A stretch of 64,000 bases of DNA, from positions 224,001 through 288,000 of the forward strand of contig JAZRKN010000001.1 in the NCBI GenBank assembly GCA_045646345.1, written 5' to 3'. Shown piece after piece: positions 30,066 through 42,596 of the stretch (the first letter of the stretch is position 1; each line of letters begins with the position of its first letter). The stretch is from Candidatus Scatovivens sp. Its GTDB lineage: Bacteria > Bacillota > Clostridia > TANB77 > CAG-508. A program made the translations under genes and the position numbers. A model generated the notes under the pieces. It was not told the DNA's origin and ran no database searches. It was given only the letters and a program-made list of their open reading frames with translations.

Positions 30066-31829
30066 TTATTTAGTTACACGTTCAATTAAAGCATTCAATT
30101 CTTCTTGCAATACTTCAGGAATATAGGTCAGTTTCGAATAGAAACTCTTGATTTCTTCGATTTCCTGAATCCAATGTTCTTTAGATACAGCAAAAAGTTC
30201 TTCTTTAACTTGTTCGGAAAGATTTAGTCCTTCAAAATCTACACTTTCAGGAACTATTCCAATCTCACACTCATTTGCCGATTCATTATTCTCACAGCGT
30301 GCTAAAATCCACTTAAGGACTCTAAAGTTTTCACCAAATCCAGGCCAAATGAATTTACCATTTTCATCTGTTCTAAACCAGTTAACGTTAAAGATTTTAG
30401 GAGCTTTATCACCAAGATATTCTCCCATCTCAATCCAATGTGCGAAATAATCCGACATGTTATAACCACAGAATGGAAGCATCGCCATCGGATCTCTTCT
30501 TGTAACACCAACCTTGCCGGTTGTAGCAGCAGTTGTTTCAGAACCCATAGAAGATCCTAAGAATACACCGTGATTCCAGTCAAAAGATTCCAAAACCAAA
30601 GGCATCAACTTAGCTCTTCTACCCCCAAAAATTATTGCTGAAATTGGCACACCATTCGGAGAATTAAAATCCTCATCAATACAAGGACAATTCATTGCCG
30701 GTGCTGTAAAACGCGAATTTGGATGTGCTCCAGTTGTAGTTTCTCGATCTACCCAAGGATTCCCCTTCCAATCCAAAAGATTTTCCGGTGCAACCTTAGT
30801 GAGAGATTCCCACCATACAGTATTGTCATCCATGTTTAACGCAACATTGGTAAAAATTGTATTCTTCTTTGTGGATTCAAGTGCATTAAAATTTGATTTT
30901 GCACTTGTTCCTGGTGCCACACCAAAGAATCCATATTCAGGATTGATTGCATACAATCTTCCATCAGGACCCTTTCTGAGCCATGCGATATCATCACCAA
31001 GCGTTGTTACCTCATATCCTTCATCAAGATATTTTTTTGGAGGCACCAACATCGCCAGATTGGTTTTACCGCATGCCGACGGAAATGCGGCCGCGACATA
31101 AACTTTCTCGCCTGAGGGTTTCTTTACCGCAAGAATCAGCATGTGCTCTGCAAGCCACATTTCATCTCTTGCAAGAACCGATGCAATTCTCAAAGAGAAA
31201 CATTTCTTTCCCTGAAGAACGTTACCACCATATTCTGAATTGAAGCTAAAAATCGCTTTGTCTTCAGGGAAATGGCAAATATAACGTTCCTTTGCATCAA
31301 GCGTTCCTACTGAATGAAGTCCTTTGATAAAGTCATCGCTTGTTCCAAGTTCTTCTAAAACCTTCAAGCCACACCGTGCCATAATGAGCATGCTGAGCAC
31401 AACGTATCGAGAGTCGGTAAGTTCAAAACCTATCTTAGAAAACGGAGAACCATAAGGTCCCATCATGTACGGAATGACATACATCGTCTTTCCTTTCATT
31501 GATCCATCAAATAAAATCTCCATCTTCTCATACATTTCTTGAGCAGGAGCCCAATTGTTTGTAGGACCAGCATTCACCTTATCACTGGTGCAGATAAACG
31601 TTCTGTCCTCCACACGAGCCACGTCACTCGGATCACTGCGTCTGAGATAACAACCAGGCATTTTTTCCTGATTTAATTCATGCAGTTCACCAGCTTCAAC
31701 AGCTTCTTTGGTCAGTTGTTGCCGTTGGTCTTCTGATCCATCTATAAGCACAACCTTTTCAGGCTTTGCCAGATGAATCATCTGTTCCAACCATTCTTTT
31801 GCTTTCATGCTTTTTACGTGTTCATTCAT
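30066..31829 (-). CDS. pckG: GTP-dependent phosphoenolpyruvate carboxykinase
   Basis: DVARVE, FPSACGKTNLAM, GDDIAW, HPNSRF, RRDPMAM, WPGFGEN. Confidence 0.96.
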   Translation of the reverse strand: MNEHVKSMKAKEWLEQMIHLAKPEKVVLIDGSEDQRQQLTKEAVEAGELHELNQEKMPGCYLRRSDPSDVARVEDRTFICTSDKVNAGPTNNWAPAQEMYEKMEILFDGSMKGKTMYVIPYMMGPYGSPFSKIGFELTDSRYVVLSMLIMARCGLKVLEELGTSDDFIKGLHSVGTLDAKERYICHFPEDKAIFSFNSEYGGNVLQGKKCFSLRIASVLARDEMWLAEHMLILAVKKPSGEKVYVAAAFPSACGKTNLAMLVPPKKYLDEGYEVTTLGDDIAWLRKGPDGRLYAINPEYGFFGVAPGTSAKSNFNALESTKKNTIFTNVALNMDDNTVWWESLTKVAPENLLDWKGNPWVDRETTTGAHPNSRFTAPAMNCPCIDEDFNSPNGVPISAIIFGGRRAKLMPLVLESFDWNHGVFLGSSMGSETTAATTGKVGVTRRDPMAMLPFCGYNMSDYFAHWIEMGEYLGDKAPKIFNVNWFRTDENGKFIWPGFGENFRVLKWILARCENNESANECEIGIVPESVDFEGLNLSEQVKEELFAVSKEHWIQEIEEIKSFYSKLTYIPEVLQEELNALIERVTK

Positions 31830-31975
31830 TTTAAGTCACTCCTTTTTTGTTTATTTACTGCATAGTTAAGCAGTATATTGTGTTCCAATGAATAACACGT
31901 TCACATTTTAGCATATTTTTACTCGAAATTCCACAAAAACGCTGATTTTTCATAGTTTATACACATTTTGCACAC

Positions 31976-32005
31976 AAAAAAGCAGTGATTTTTCATCACT
32001 GCTTT
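31976..32005 (-). terminator. groEL terminator
   Basis: AAAGCAGTGAT...ATCACTGCTTT with U tract on the minus strand. Confidence 0.75.
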
Positions 32006-32011
32006 CAAATT

Positions 32012-33683
<1,672 letters not shown>

Positions 33684-33693
33684 TAAGTAGATT

Positions 33694-33990
<297 letters not shown>

Positions 33991-34052
33991 TTATTCCTAT
34001 TATTTAATCTATGATTATATTTTTATTTTATGAATTTTTATCCAAAATAAAA

Positions 34053-34079
34053 TTAGCAGTCATTTTTAGTGACTGCTAA
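34053..34079. promoter_or_regulatory. CIRCE-type (HrcA) operator, variant
   Basis: TTAGCAGTC-N9-GACTGCTAA between the promoter and groES. Confidence 0.88.
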
Positions 34080-34080
34080 A

Positions 34081-34109
34081 ATTCTATACCCAATTATTTA
34101 AATTGTCAA
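34081..34109 (-). promoter_or_regulatory. Sigma-A promoter of groESL
   Basis: TTGACA-17 nt-TAGAAT. Confidence 0.8.
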
Positions 34110-34128
34110 TACTATTTTTTGTTTAATT

Positions 34129-35601
34129 CTATTCTTCGTATCCTAAAAGTTTTGGCTCACAAGTTAAGTTAATTCCTAAGCTTTTTATAACTTTTTGCTC
34201 CGCTGTTGAAACTACATACGAACTATGAGCTTCAAGGCCTCTAAGTTTATCTAGTGCTTCCATTGTTTTTTCGATAATAGGATTGTTTTGTTCACAAATA
34301 CTAAGTGCAATTAAAACTTCTGGTAAATTTAAACAGTAATTTCTTTTATATGATGTTTTTTGTTTCATTTTAAAAATTGATTCTAAAACTGTTGGAGATA
34401 ACAAGTATACATCATCCGGAATTCCTGATAAATGTTTTATTGTATTTATTAAAAGAGCACTCGATGCACTTAATAATTCTGATTCTTTTCCTGTTATAAC
34501 CTTTCCGTTTTCAAGTTTTATTGCTAAAGCATTTACTTTTTCTTGTTCAGCTTTTTCTAATGCATAATTAACAATATCTCTTTCTGATATCGAAATATCT
34601 GCATTATTCATTAATTTTTTTATTTTTTCTACTGTTACTTCTGTTCCTATTCCTTTTTTATAATCACATTTGGCTGCATAATATCTTCTTATTATTTCCA
34701 TTCTTGCTGCTTTTTGCGCCACTTCGTCATTTACTATACATTGGCTAATCATATTTACTCCCATATCAGTTGGTGATTTGTAAATATCTTCTCCAGAAAT
34801 TCTTTTTAAAATATTTTTTAATATTGGAAATGCAGAAATATCTCTATTATAATTTACAGCTTTTACATTATATTCTTCTAAATGGAATGAGTCTATCATA
34901 TTCATATCACCCAAATCAGCTGTAGCAGCTTCATAAGACATATTTACCGGATGCATTAATTGTAAATCCCAAACAGGAAATGTTTCAAATTTTGCATATC
35001 CAGCTTTTATTCCTTTTTTATGTTCATGATAAAGTTGAGATAAACATGTTCCTAATTTTCCACTATTTGGACCAGGAGCTGTTACAACAACTAATTTCTT
35101 TGTTGTTTCAATATAAGGATTTTTTCCATATCCCTCTTCACTTACAATCGTTTCAACATCATCTGGATAGCCTTTTGTTGGTGTGTGAATATATACTTTA
35201 ATATTTTTACTGTTTAAAGTTTGTTTTAATTTTTCTACTTCTTCTTGTCCAGTATACATTGTTATAACAACACTATTTATATCTATTCCTAATTTTTGAA
35301 TATTCTCAATTAATCTTATTAATTCAACATCATATCCAATACCATAATCAGCTCTTATTTTATTTTTTTGTATATTGCTCGCATTGATACAAAAAATTAT
35401 TTCAAGATTTTCTTTGAATTCTTGTAATAATCTTATTTTGGCATCCGGACTAAAACCTGGTAATACACGGCTCGCATTAAAATCATCAAAAATCTTGCCA
35501 CCAAACTCTAAATATAATTTGTTATCAAACATTTTTATTCTTTCTTCAATTTTTTCTTTTTGAATTTTTAAATACTTTTCATTATCAAATGCTATTTCCA
35601 C
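34129..35601 (-). CDS. DUF1846 / UPF0371 family P-loop protein
   Basis: KLYLEFGGK, ASRVLPGF, TAPGPNSGK, GYAKFETFPVW, YKSPTDMGVN. Confidence 0.9.
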   Translation of the reverse strand: MEIAFDNEKYLKIQKEKIEERIKMFDNKLYLEFGGKIFDDFNASRVLPGFSPDAKIRLLQEFKENLEIIFCINASNIQKNKIRADYGIGYDVELIRLIENIQKLGIDINSVVITMYTGQEEVEKLKQTLNSKNIKVYIHTPTKGYPDDVETIVSEEGYGKNPYIETTKKLVVVTAPGPNSGKLGTCLSQLYHEHKKGIKAGYAKFETFPVWDLQLMHPVNMSYEAATADLGDMNMIDSFHLEEYNVKAVNYNRDISAFPILKNILKRISGEDIYKSPTDMGVNMISQCIVNDEVAQKAARMEIIRRYYAAKCDYKKGIGTEVTVEKIKKLMNNADISISERDIVNYALEKAEQEKVNALAIKLENGKVITGKESELLSASSALLINTIKHLSGIPDDVYLLSPTVLESIFKMKQKTSYKRNYCLNLPEVLIALSICEQNNPIIEKTMEALDKLRGLEAHSSYVVSTAEQKVIKSLGINLTCEPKLLGYEE

Positions 35602-35748
35602 TTTTCTTCCTCCCGTTATTACCCATTTTTTATTCTACAAACAAAAAAACAGATTAAAAAAAGGGTTTTTTTTTTAATCTGTTTCGATTCATTTCTTTCA
35701 ACAAAAATATTTTAACATTTTATATCTTAAAATGCAAGTATTTTTAAT

Positions 35749-36867
35749 TTATTTTATTTGATCATCCATACTAGGTATTTCAATTCCTGGCTTTGAAGCT
35801 TCTCTTGTAAGTTCAGCTTGCAATGCTTTATGTATGTTTATTGCACCTGGAGGAATCAATGCTTTTTCCTCTTTTTTATGATTTCTCACTTGATCTATAT
35901 AGTCAATATTAAACCCTTGTGATACTGCATATTCTTTTAATTGTTCAAATGTGATTTCTGTATATTCAGGTTCACCTTTATCATTTAATCTAAATGAATT
36001 TTCATCTATATATTTACCTTCTTCAGTCAATCTAAATCTTTCTCTTTTTAGTTTTCCTTCTTTTAACGAATTTAAAGTTATAACTAATGGATTTTCATCT
36101 AAATCGTTTTTATCCAATGCAAAATATATTTCTTTAAGAACTTTACCTCCATTTTCTTTAACAGATCTTCCTGAACATGAAAGTAAATATTTGTTTTCAT
36201 CTGAAAAATCATTTCCTTCTTCATAAGATGTTTTAGATGATAGTAATGCTAAATATGCATCTTTTTCTTCTTCTGTTTTAAATTGTTTTATATTATTTAT
36301 TTTTTTACCATTATCATCTGAAAATTTTTTTATCCTATCTATTTCTTCTTGCGTAAAATTACCATGAAGAGCCAATGAACTATCTTTATTATCACTAATA
36401 ATTGTTTTCATTCTCCCATTAACCATTCTAGATTCTTGATAAATTGTATTTCCATTTTCATCTATTGTAGTTTTAGAACACGCATTTGGAGTTACAATAA
36501 TTGTTGTTTGGATTTTTCCATCCGCATCCATCTCAGCTATACAAATAAAAGATTGACCATTAGATTCTCCAGATCTTGCCTCATCAGATTGTATTTTTTG
36601 AATTTCTTCCGAATTCAAAACTTTACCTTTAAAATTTTCTACATTTAGCATTATTTCTTTTTTTACATCATCTTTGATTTCTGAAAATCTATTTCCTTGT
36701 AGTTCAGGAACTACATCTACTTTTAAACTTCTATCAAATTCTGAGATTCCTTTTTTCCAATCCACCATATCATTTACGTCTATTTCTTCAATCTCTGAAA
36801 CACTTGTTAATCTTTTAGTTTTAAAAAATTTGGCTATTATCTTTTTTATTTCATCTCTTAACCCCAT
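35749..36867 (-). CDS. Hypothetical protein
   Basis: 372-aa ORF with AGGAG RBS; no family recognised. Confidence 0.75.
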   Translation of the reverse strand: MGLRDEIKKIIAKFFKTKRLTSVSEIEEIDVNDMVDWKKGISEFDRSLKVDVVPELQGNRFSEIKDDVKKEIMLNVENFKGKVLNSEEIQKIQSDEARSGESNGQSFICIAEMDADGKIQTTIIVTPNACSKTTIDENGNTIYQESRMVNGRMKTIISDNKDSSLALHGNFTQEEIDRIKKFSDDNGKKINNIKQFKTEEEKDAYLALLSSKTSYEEGNDFSDENKYLLSCSGRSVKENGGKVLKEIYFALDKNDLDENPLVITLNSLKEGKLKRERFRLTEEGKYIDENSFRLNDKGEPEYTEITFEQLKEYAVSQGFNIDYIDQVRNHKKEEKALIPPGAINIHKALQAELTREASKPGIEIPSMDDQIK

Positions 36868-36992
36868 ATAATTTCTCCTATTTTACATTTATATTTTTAT
36901 TATAATATTGCCTAATTTAAAAATCAAATTATTTATTGTATTTTTTTTCACTTTATAATATAATAAAAATATTAAAGTGGAGGGATAATGCC

Positions 36993-38192
36993 ATGAAAAA
37001 AAATGTATTTGATAAAGATACTGTAAATAAGCAATTAATTTTACTTTCAGATTATTTGGAAAATCAAAGATCTGCAAAAATAACATTGCTTTCATATCTT
37101 GAAAAAGTTTCAGCGTATATCAGTAATGTTAATTCTACTGAAGGTACTGAATCTCTTGTTTCATGTTTGAATAATGTTCAAGATATTTTTGATAATATAA
37201 AAAATAATATTGATAAATTAATTGAATTAAAATTATTTATAGAAAATATTTCAAATTCTTCTTCTCTAAATGTAATTGATTTTGAAAAATATAATAATCA
37301 AATTATTGAATTAGAAGAAAAAATCAAAACAACAAATACATCATATAATACATTTATGGATACTTTAACATCAATTTCTTTAATTGATTTTGGAGAATTA
37401 ACATACACAAAAATGGAACCAAATATAAACTCTAAAATCGATGAAAATGTTCCCCCTACTCAAGTGGTTTTAGAAGGAATTCACAGTTTAGAAGCATTTG
37501 AAGAAATGTTAGAAAACTTAGAAACAGAATCTACTGTCTCTATTGTAGAGGAACTTCAAACCAATTCAACTGTCGAAAATTCTGAAAATAGTTCTGTTGA
37601 GGAAGATTTTACAGAATCACCAAATGAAGATATACAAGTTGATATAAACACTGCTTTAGTAACAGATACATCTAGTACCACTGAAGAAAGTATTTCAGAA
37701 ACTACAACTGAAACTATTGAAAGTGATAACAACGAAGAACCTTCTTTAGGAGAAACTTATGATACAGAAGAAGCTTCTATACAAAAATCAATCGAAACAA
37801 AACTTTTAGAAAAAACATTATTTATTGATTATGAATCAAATATTGCTGTATTACCTTATTCTATATTTGATTTAGAAGCAGTATTTTCAGATAATCCCGA
37901 AAATTATTCTTCAATTAACGATATTATTGAAAAAGAATATACAGTTTCTTTAGATGATTATACTAATAATTCAATTTCAAGATTCAAACAAACATTCAGA
38001 TTAGCAAAAGAAAAATCAAAACTTTCATTCTTTGAATCATTAAGTTATGCAAATAAATTATTATTTGAGAGCGAAGTTGAACCAATTATAATTGCAGCTT
38101 GTGAATCAATTCATGAATTAGATTGTTACTTAGAATGTTTAAACAATGATACTATATCATCATTTAATTGTTTTAAAATAATAGATAATTAA
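36993..38192 (+). CDS. Hypothetical protein with acidic Ser/Thr/Glu-rich central region
   Basis: GGAGGG RBS before ATG 36993; terminator at about 38200-38235. Confidence 0.75.
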   Translation: MKKNVFDKDTVNKQLILLSDYLENQRSAKITLLSYLEKVSAYISNVNSTEGTESLVSCLNNVQDIFDNIKNNIDKLIELKLFIENISNSSSLNVIDFEKYNNQIIELEEKIKTTNTSYNTFMDTLTSISLIDFGELTYTKMEPNINSKIDENVPPTQVVLEGIHSLEAFEEMLENLETESTVSIVEELQTNSTVENSENSSVEEDFTESPNEDIQVDINTALVTDTSSTTEESISETTTETIESDNNEEPSLGETYDTEEASIQKSIETKLLEKTLFIDYESNIAVLPYSIFDLEAVFSDNPENYSSINDIIEKEYTVSLDDYTNNSISRFKQTFRLAKEKSKLSFFESLSYANKLLFESEVEPIIIAACESIHELDCYLECLNNDTISSFNCFKIIDN

Positions 38193-38250
38193 TATATACA
38201 AAAAACTCCACTTCATCATAAAAAGTGGAGTTTTTATTTTTTATTTAAAT

Positions 38251-39255
38251 TTAATTTCCTCTTTGTTTTACAGCTTCATATATAACAATACCAGCTGAAA
38301 CTGAAGCATTTAAAGATGTTATTTGACCTTTCATTGGAATTTTTATTAATATATCAGCATTTTCTTTTACAAGTTTGCTCATTCCAAATCCTTCGCTTCC
38401 TATTATTATTGCTAAAGGTCCTTTTAAATCTTGATTATAATATAAAGTATCAGCATCTCCATCAGTTCCAATAACCCAAAGACCAGATTCTTTTAATTTT
38501 CTTATTGTTTCATTTAAATTATTTACTCTTGCAACTTTTACATATGCAGTAGCTCCTGTTGAAACTTTAGCAACAGTACTATTTACAGCTACATTTCTTC
38601 TTTTTGGAATTATTATTCCATGAACTCCAGCTGTTTCTGCAGTTCTTATTATTGATCCAAAATTATGTGGATCTTCAATCCCATCTAATATAATTATAAA
38701 TGGATCTTCATTTTTATTTTTAGCAAGTTCTAATATTTCTTCAATTTCACAGTAATTAAATGGAGGTACAACAGCAACAACACCTTGATGATTTTCAGCC
38801 ATAGTATTTAATTTTTCTGTATCAACTTCAACTAAAACAATTCTTTCAGCTCTTGCTCTAGCAATAATTTCATTTATAGAACCATGTTTTTCTCCACGTT
38901 CTACATAGATTTTATTAATATCTTTATCTGATTTTAATAGTTCTAAAACAGCATTTCTTCCAGCAACAATATCTTCATATTCGCTTATTTCATCATTTTG
39001 TCTTCTATCTTCTCCAGATCTTCTTTCTACAAATCTTCTATCTGTATCAGCTCTTCTTTCTCCAATTCTTCTATCAAAACCATTTCTTGGAGTTGCTCTT
39101 CTTTCTACTTTTCTTCTATCGTCGCCGCTTCTTCTTTCATCTTGTCTTCTATCTTTTTTTCTTCTTTGCTCTTTTCTTCTGTCTTCGTATGCTTCCATTT
39201 TTTCTTGAGCTATTCTTGCTTGTCTATTTCTTTTATCTCTATAGCTTTGTCTCAT
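38251..39255 (-). CDS. rlmB: 23S rRNA (guanosine2251-2'-O)-methyltransferase RlmB with Arg-rich N-terminal extension
   Basis: GRNAVLE, NHQGVVA, DPHNFGSIIRTA, GSEG, SLNASV (SPOUT fold). Confidence 0.93.
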   Translation of the reverse strand: MRQSYRDKRNRQARIAQEKMEAYEDRRKEQRRKKDRRQDERRSGDDRRKVERRATPRNGFDRRIGERRADTDRRFVERRSGEDRRQNDEISEYEDIVAGRNAVLELLKSDKDINKIYVERGEKHGSINEIIARARAERIVLVEVDTEKLNTMAENHQGVVAVVPPFNYCEIEEILELAKNKNEDPFIIILDGIEDPHNFGSIIRTAETAGVHGIIIPKRRNVAVNSTVAKVSTGATAYVKVARVNNLNETIRKLKESGLWVIGTDGDADTLYYNQDLKGPLAIIIGSEGFGMSKLVKENADILIKIPMKGQITSLNASVSAGIVIYEAVKQRGN

Positions 39256-39330
39256 TTTATTTTTTCCTCTTTCCAAATTTAATTACTTACAATTATTATA
39301 CTTATTATATAAAAATTTTCAATACCTTTT

Positions 39331-41145
39331 TTATTCTTCATCATCTAATTTTAATACAGCTAAAAATGCTTCTTGTGGCACCTCAACGTTTCCTATTTGA
39401 CGCATTTTCTTTTTACCCTTCTTTTGTTTTTCAAGAAGTTTTTTCTTTCTTGTAATATCTCCACCATAACATTTTGCTAAAACATCTTTTCTCATTGCAG
39501 ATAAAGTTTCTCTTGCAATTATTTTTCCACCAACTACCGCTTGAATTGGAATCTCAAATAATTGTCTTGGTATAACTTTCTTTAATTTTTCTGCCATCTT
39601 TCTTCCTCTTTCATAAGCTGATTGTTTATGAACTATAAAAGAAAGTGCATCAACTGCTTCATTATTTATATGTAAATCTAATTTTACAAGATCTGCTCTT
39701 CTATTTTCTTTAAACTCATAATCTACAGAAGCATATCCTTTGGTTTTTGATTTTATTGTATCAAAGAAATCATAAATAATTTCATTAAGTGGAAGTTCAT
39801 ATTCAAGGGTTACTCTATTGGCATCTAAATATTTCATATCTATATAAACGCCTCTTCTTTCTTGACAAACTTTCATAACATTACCAACAAACTCTTTTGG
39901 AATCATTATTTCAGCTTTCATAATAGGTTCTTCCATAAAACTAATTTCAGTTTGTGGTGGTAATTCTGTAGGATTATAAAGTTCAATTACCTCTCCTCCA
40001 GTTTTATGAACTTGATAAATAACAGATGGTGCTGTAGTAATTAATCCTATATCAAATTCTCTTTCTAGTCTTTCAATAATTATTTCTAAATGAAGTAATC
40101 CTAAAAATCCACATCTAAAACCAAAACCTAAAGCAGCAGATGTTTCTGGTTCATAATTTAGTGCTGCGTCGTTTAATTTCAATTTTTCTAAAGCTTCTTT
40201 TAATGGTTCATATTCACTACCATCTAATGGATACATACCACAATAAACCATTGAATTTGCTTCTTTATATCCTGGTAAAGGTTCTTTAGCTGGTTTTGTT
40301 TTTAATGTAATTGTATCACCAACATTTAAGTCAGATACAGTTTTAACACTTGCTGCTATATACCCAACTTCTCCAGCTTCTAGCTTTTCAGCAGGAACAT
40401 AGCTTCCAGCTCCAAAATATCCAACTTCTGTAACAGTAAATACTTTTCCTGTAGCCATAAATAATATTTCATCATTTGCTTTTACAGTTCCATTTTTTAT
40501 TCTCACATAGCTTAAAGCACCTTTATAGTTATCATAATACGAATCAAATATTAAGGCTTGAAGTTCTGATTCTGAATCTCCTTGTGGAGCTGGAATATCT
40601 GTTACTATTCTTTCTAAAACTTCTTCAACATTTAATCCTGTCTTTGCAGAAATACATGGAGCATCTTGGGCAGGAATTCCTATAATATCTTCTATTTCAT
40701 TTTTTACTTCATCTGGTCTAGCATTTGGAAGATCTACTTTATTTATTACTGGTAATATTTCTAAATTTCCATCTAATGCAAGATACACATTTGCTAAAGT
40801 TTGCGCCTCAACACCTTGTGTGCTATCTACCACAAGAATTGCACCTTCACACGCTGCTAAACTTCTTGAAACTTCATAATTAAAGTCAACATGACCAGGA
40901 GTATCTATTAAATTAAATTCATAAGTTTCACCATTTTTAGCTGTATAATTCATTTTTACAGCTTGAGATTTTATGGTTATTCCTCTTTCTTTCTCAATAT
41001 CCATATTATCAAGAACTTGAGATTCCATTTCTCTTTGTGATAATGCACCAGTCATCTCAATTATTCTATCTGCTAATGTTGATTTTCCGTGATCAATATG
41101 GGCTATTATACTAAAATTTCTAATGTTTTTTTGTTTGTCTTGCAT
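39331..41145 (-). CDS. lepA: Elongation factor 4
   Basis: [41 protein letters not shown]. Confidence 0.99.
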   Translation of the reverse strand: MQDKQKNIRNFSIIAHIDHGKSTLADRIIEMTGALSQREMESQVLDNMDIEKERGITIKSQAVKMNYTAKNGETYEFNLIDTPGHVDFNYEVSRSLAACEGAILVVDSTQGVEAQTLANVYLALDGNLEILPVINKVDLPNARPDEVKNEIEDIIGIPAQDAPCISAKTGLNVEEVLERIVTDIPAPQGDSESELQALIFDSYYDNYKGALSYVRIKNGTVKANDEILFMATGKVFTVTEVGYFGAGSYVPAEKLEAGEVGYIAASVKTVSDLNVGDTITLKTKPAKEPLPGYKEANSMVYCGMYPLDGSEYEPLKEALEKLKLNDAALNYEPETSAALGFGFRCGFLGLLHLEIIIERLEREFDIGLITTAPSVIYQVHKTGGEVIELYNPTELPPQTEISFMEEPIMKAEIMIPKEFVGNVMKVCQERRGVYIDMKYLDANRVTLEYELPLNEIIYDFFDTIKSKTKGYASVDYEFKENRRADLVKLDLHINNEAVDALSFIVHKQSAYERGRKMAEKLKKVIPRQLFEIPIQAVVGGKIIARETLSAMRKDVLAKCYGGDITRKKKLLEKQKKGKKKMRQIGNVEVPQEAFLAVLKLDDEE

Positions 41146-41168
41146 ATTTGCTCCTTAAAATTTATTTT

Positions 41169-42572
41169 TTATCTATCATCTCTAACATCTTCTGAATTAT
41201 TTCTTCGACTTTCTCCAGTTAATATATTAGGATTATCATTCACATTCTCAATAACTTGTTCAATTGTTGCTTTATTTGCATCTAATACTTTATTTTTGCT
41301 TTTCTTTTGTTCATATGCTTTTAACTCATTACTCAACACATTATATGAATATTGAAATACTGAATTATCCCACATTCCTTTTTGAACATAATCATCTAAA
41401 TATAATTGATTTTTCTTTCTTGAAAACTCCTCATCTTGCATCATATCAGATAATAAGCTTTGTTCTACCTCTACTGGTGACATCCCATTCATTTCTGTCC
41501 CTTTACACGCTTTATATGTATCTAATACAATCGTTTTCAATGTTTGAAATGCTTCTGTCATTTCTTGGTTTTGAAGCATTGTATTTTTTTCCTCTTCTGT
41601 AATAAATCCATTTTTTTCAAAATCATTTATAGATGATGTTATTACACTTGCTATTTTTACAAGCCTATAATACATAGCTCCAACATTTTCTTTCGTTGGA
41701 TTTTTTTGATCTTCACTCATAACTTTCGTTGCTAACTCAATTAGCGATGCAAAATGCTTCGCATATACTGAAGAAGTCAAATCTGATCTATTCAACAAAT
41801 CTGATGAGGTTAAAATATCCGCATTAAATCCTAATCCTGTAAGGAAAGTTTTTTTAATACCATCATCCATTGTTTCTGGTAATTTTGAATCAATAAATTC
41901 CTGAAATTCGTTTACATCATTTAAACCATGGGATAGCAAATCATTTTCAGAAGTTCCTATTATACTCGCCAAAATTGCAGATGTGTTCGTAAGACATTGA
42001 TACCCTTTGGTCCAAAGAAATCCCGCATTTCTTTCTTCATCAGTCATATAAGAAATTGTTCTTGTTGTTGCATTTTCTATCATAATCTCGTTCAATCCTC
42101 TACCTGACACAAAAACTTCTCCTGAAATATCATACGTATCCTCTATTCCATTTGCTTTATTAGAATGTTGTTCAATTGCATGGTATACTTCATGGGTAAT
42201 ACAATGAAAAAAACTTCTACCTATTATACTTCTTGCATCAATCGCTGGAAGTTTATCAAAATAAAAAGCTGCGTCTTCTTTTAATGATTCGGCGCCTATA
42301 TATATTTTCTTTTCTTTAAAAAAATAGGCCGCAGCAGTTCCTTCACCAATTTCTTGTATCTTATTTTCATCTGCCAATTCAAATCCGACTAAGTTTTTTA
42401 ATAAATTTTCAATTTCATCTCTCATTCTATTTACAGAAAAGCCAAATTGAAAAGCTCTTCTTTGAATGATTTCATCCAATATTGGTTTGTAATCTCCAAA
42501 TCTTTCTTCTGTTACTAATTGATCAAGTAATTCTTGAATTTTTGGATTTCTATAATTTCCAATTTCACTCAT
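41169..42572 (-). CDS. Hypothetical protein with zincin-like HExxH motif
   Basis: THEVYHA followed by GLNEIMIE. Confidence 0.7.
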   Translation of the reverse strand: MSEIGNYRNPKIQELLDQLVTEERFGDYKPILDEIIQRRAFQFGFSVNRMRDEIENLLKNLVGFELADENKIQEIGEGTAAAYFFKEKKIYIGAESLKEDAAFYFDKLPAIDARSIIGRSFFHCITHEVYHAIEQHSNKANGIEDTYDISGEVFVSGRGLNEIMIENATTRTISYMTDEERNAGFLWTKGYQCLTNTSAILASIIGTSENDLLSHGLNDVNEFQEFIDSKLPETMDDGIKKTFLTGLGFNADILTSSDLLNRSDLTSSVYAKHFASLIELATKVMSEDQKNPTKENVGAMYYRLVKIASVITSSINDFEKNGFITEEEKNTMLQNQEMTEAFQTLKTIVLDTYKACKGTEMNGMSPVEVEQSLLSDMMQDEEFSRKKNQLYLDDYVQKGMWDNSVFQYSYNVLSNELKAYEQKKSKNKVLDANKATIEQVIENVNDNPNILTGESRRNNSEDVRDDR

Positions 42573-42596
42573 ACTTTTTTCTCTTTCTTTCGTTTT

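Noticed and set aside
30302-31243. Alternative-frame ORFs within PEPCK
   Set aside because: Expected from the higher GC of this gene; no RBS or recognisable motifs
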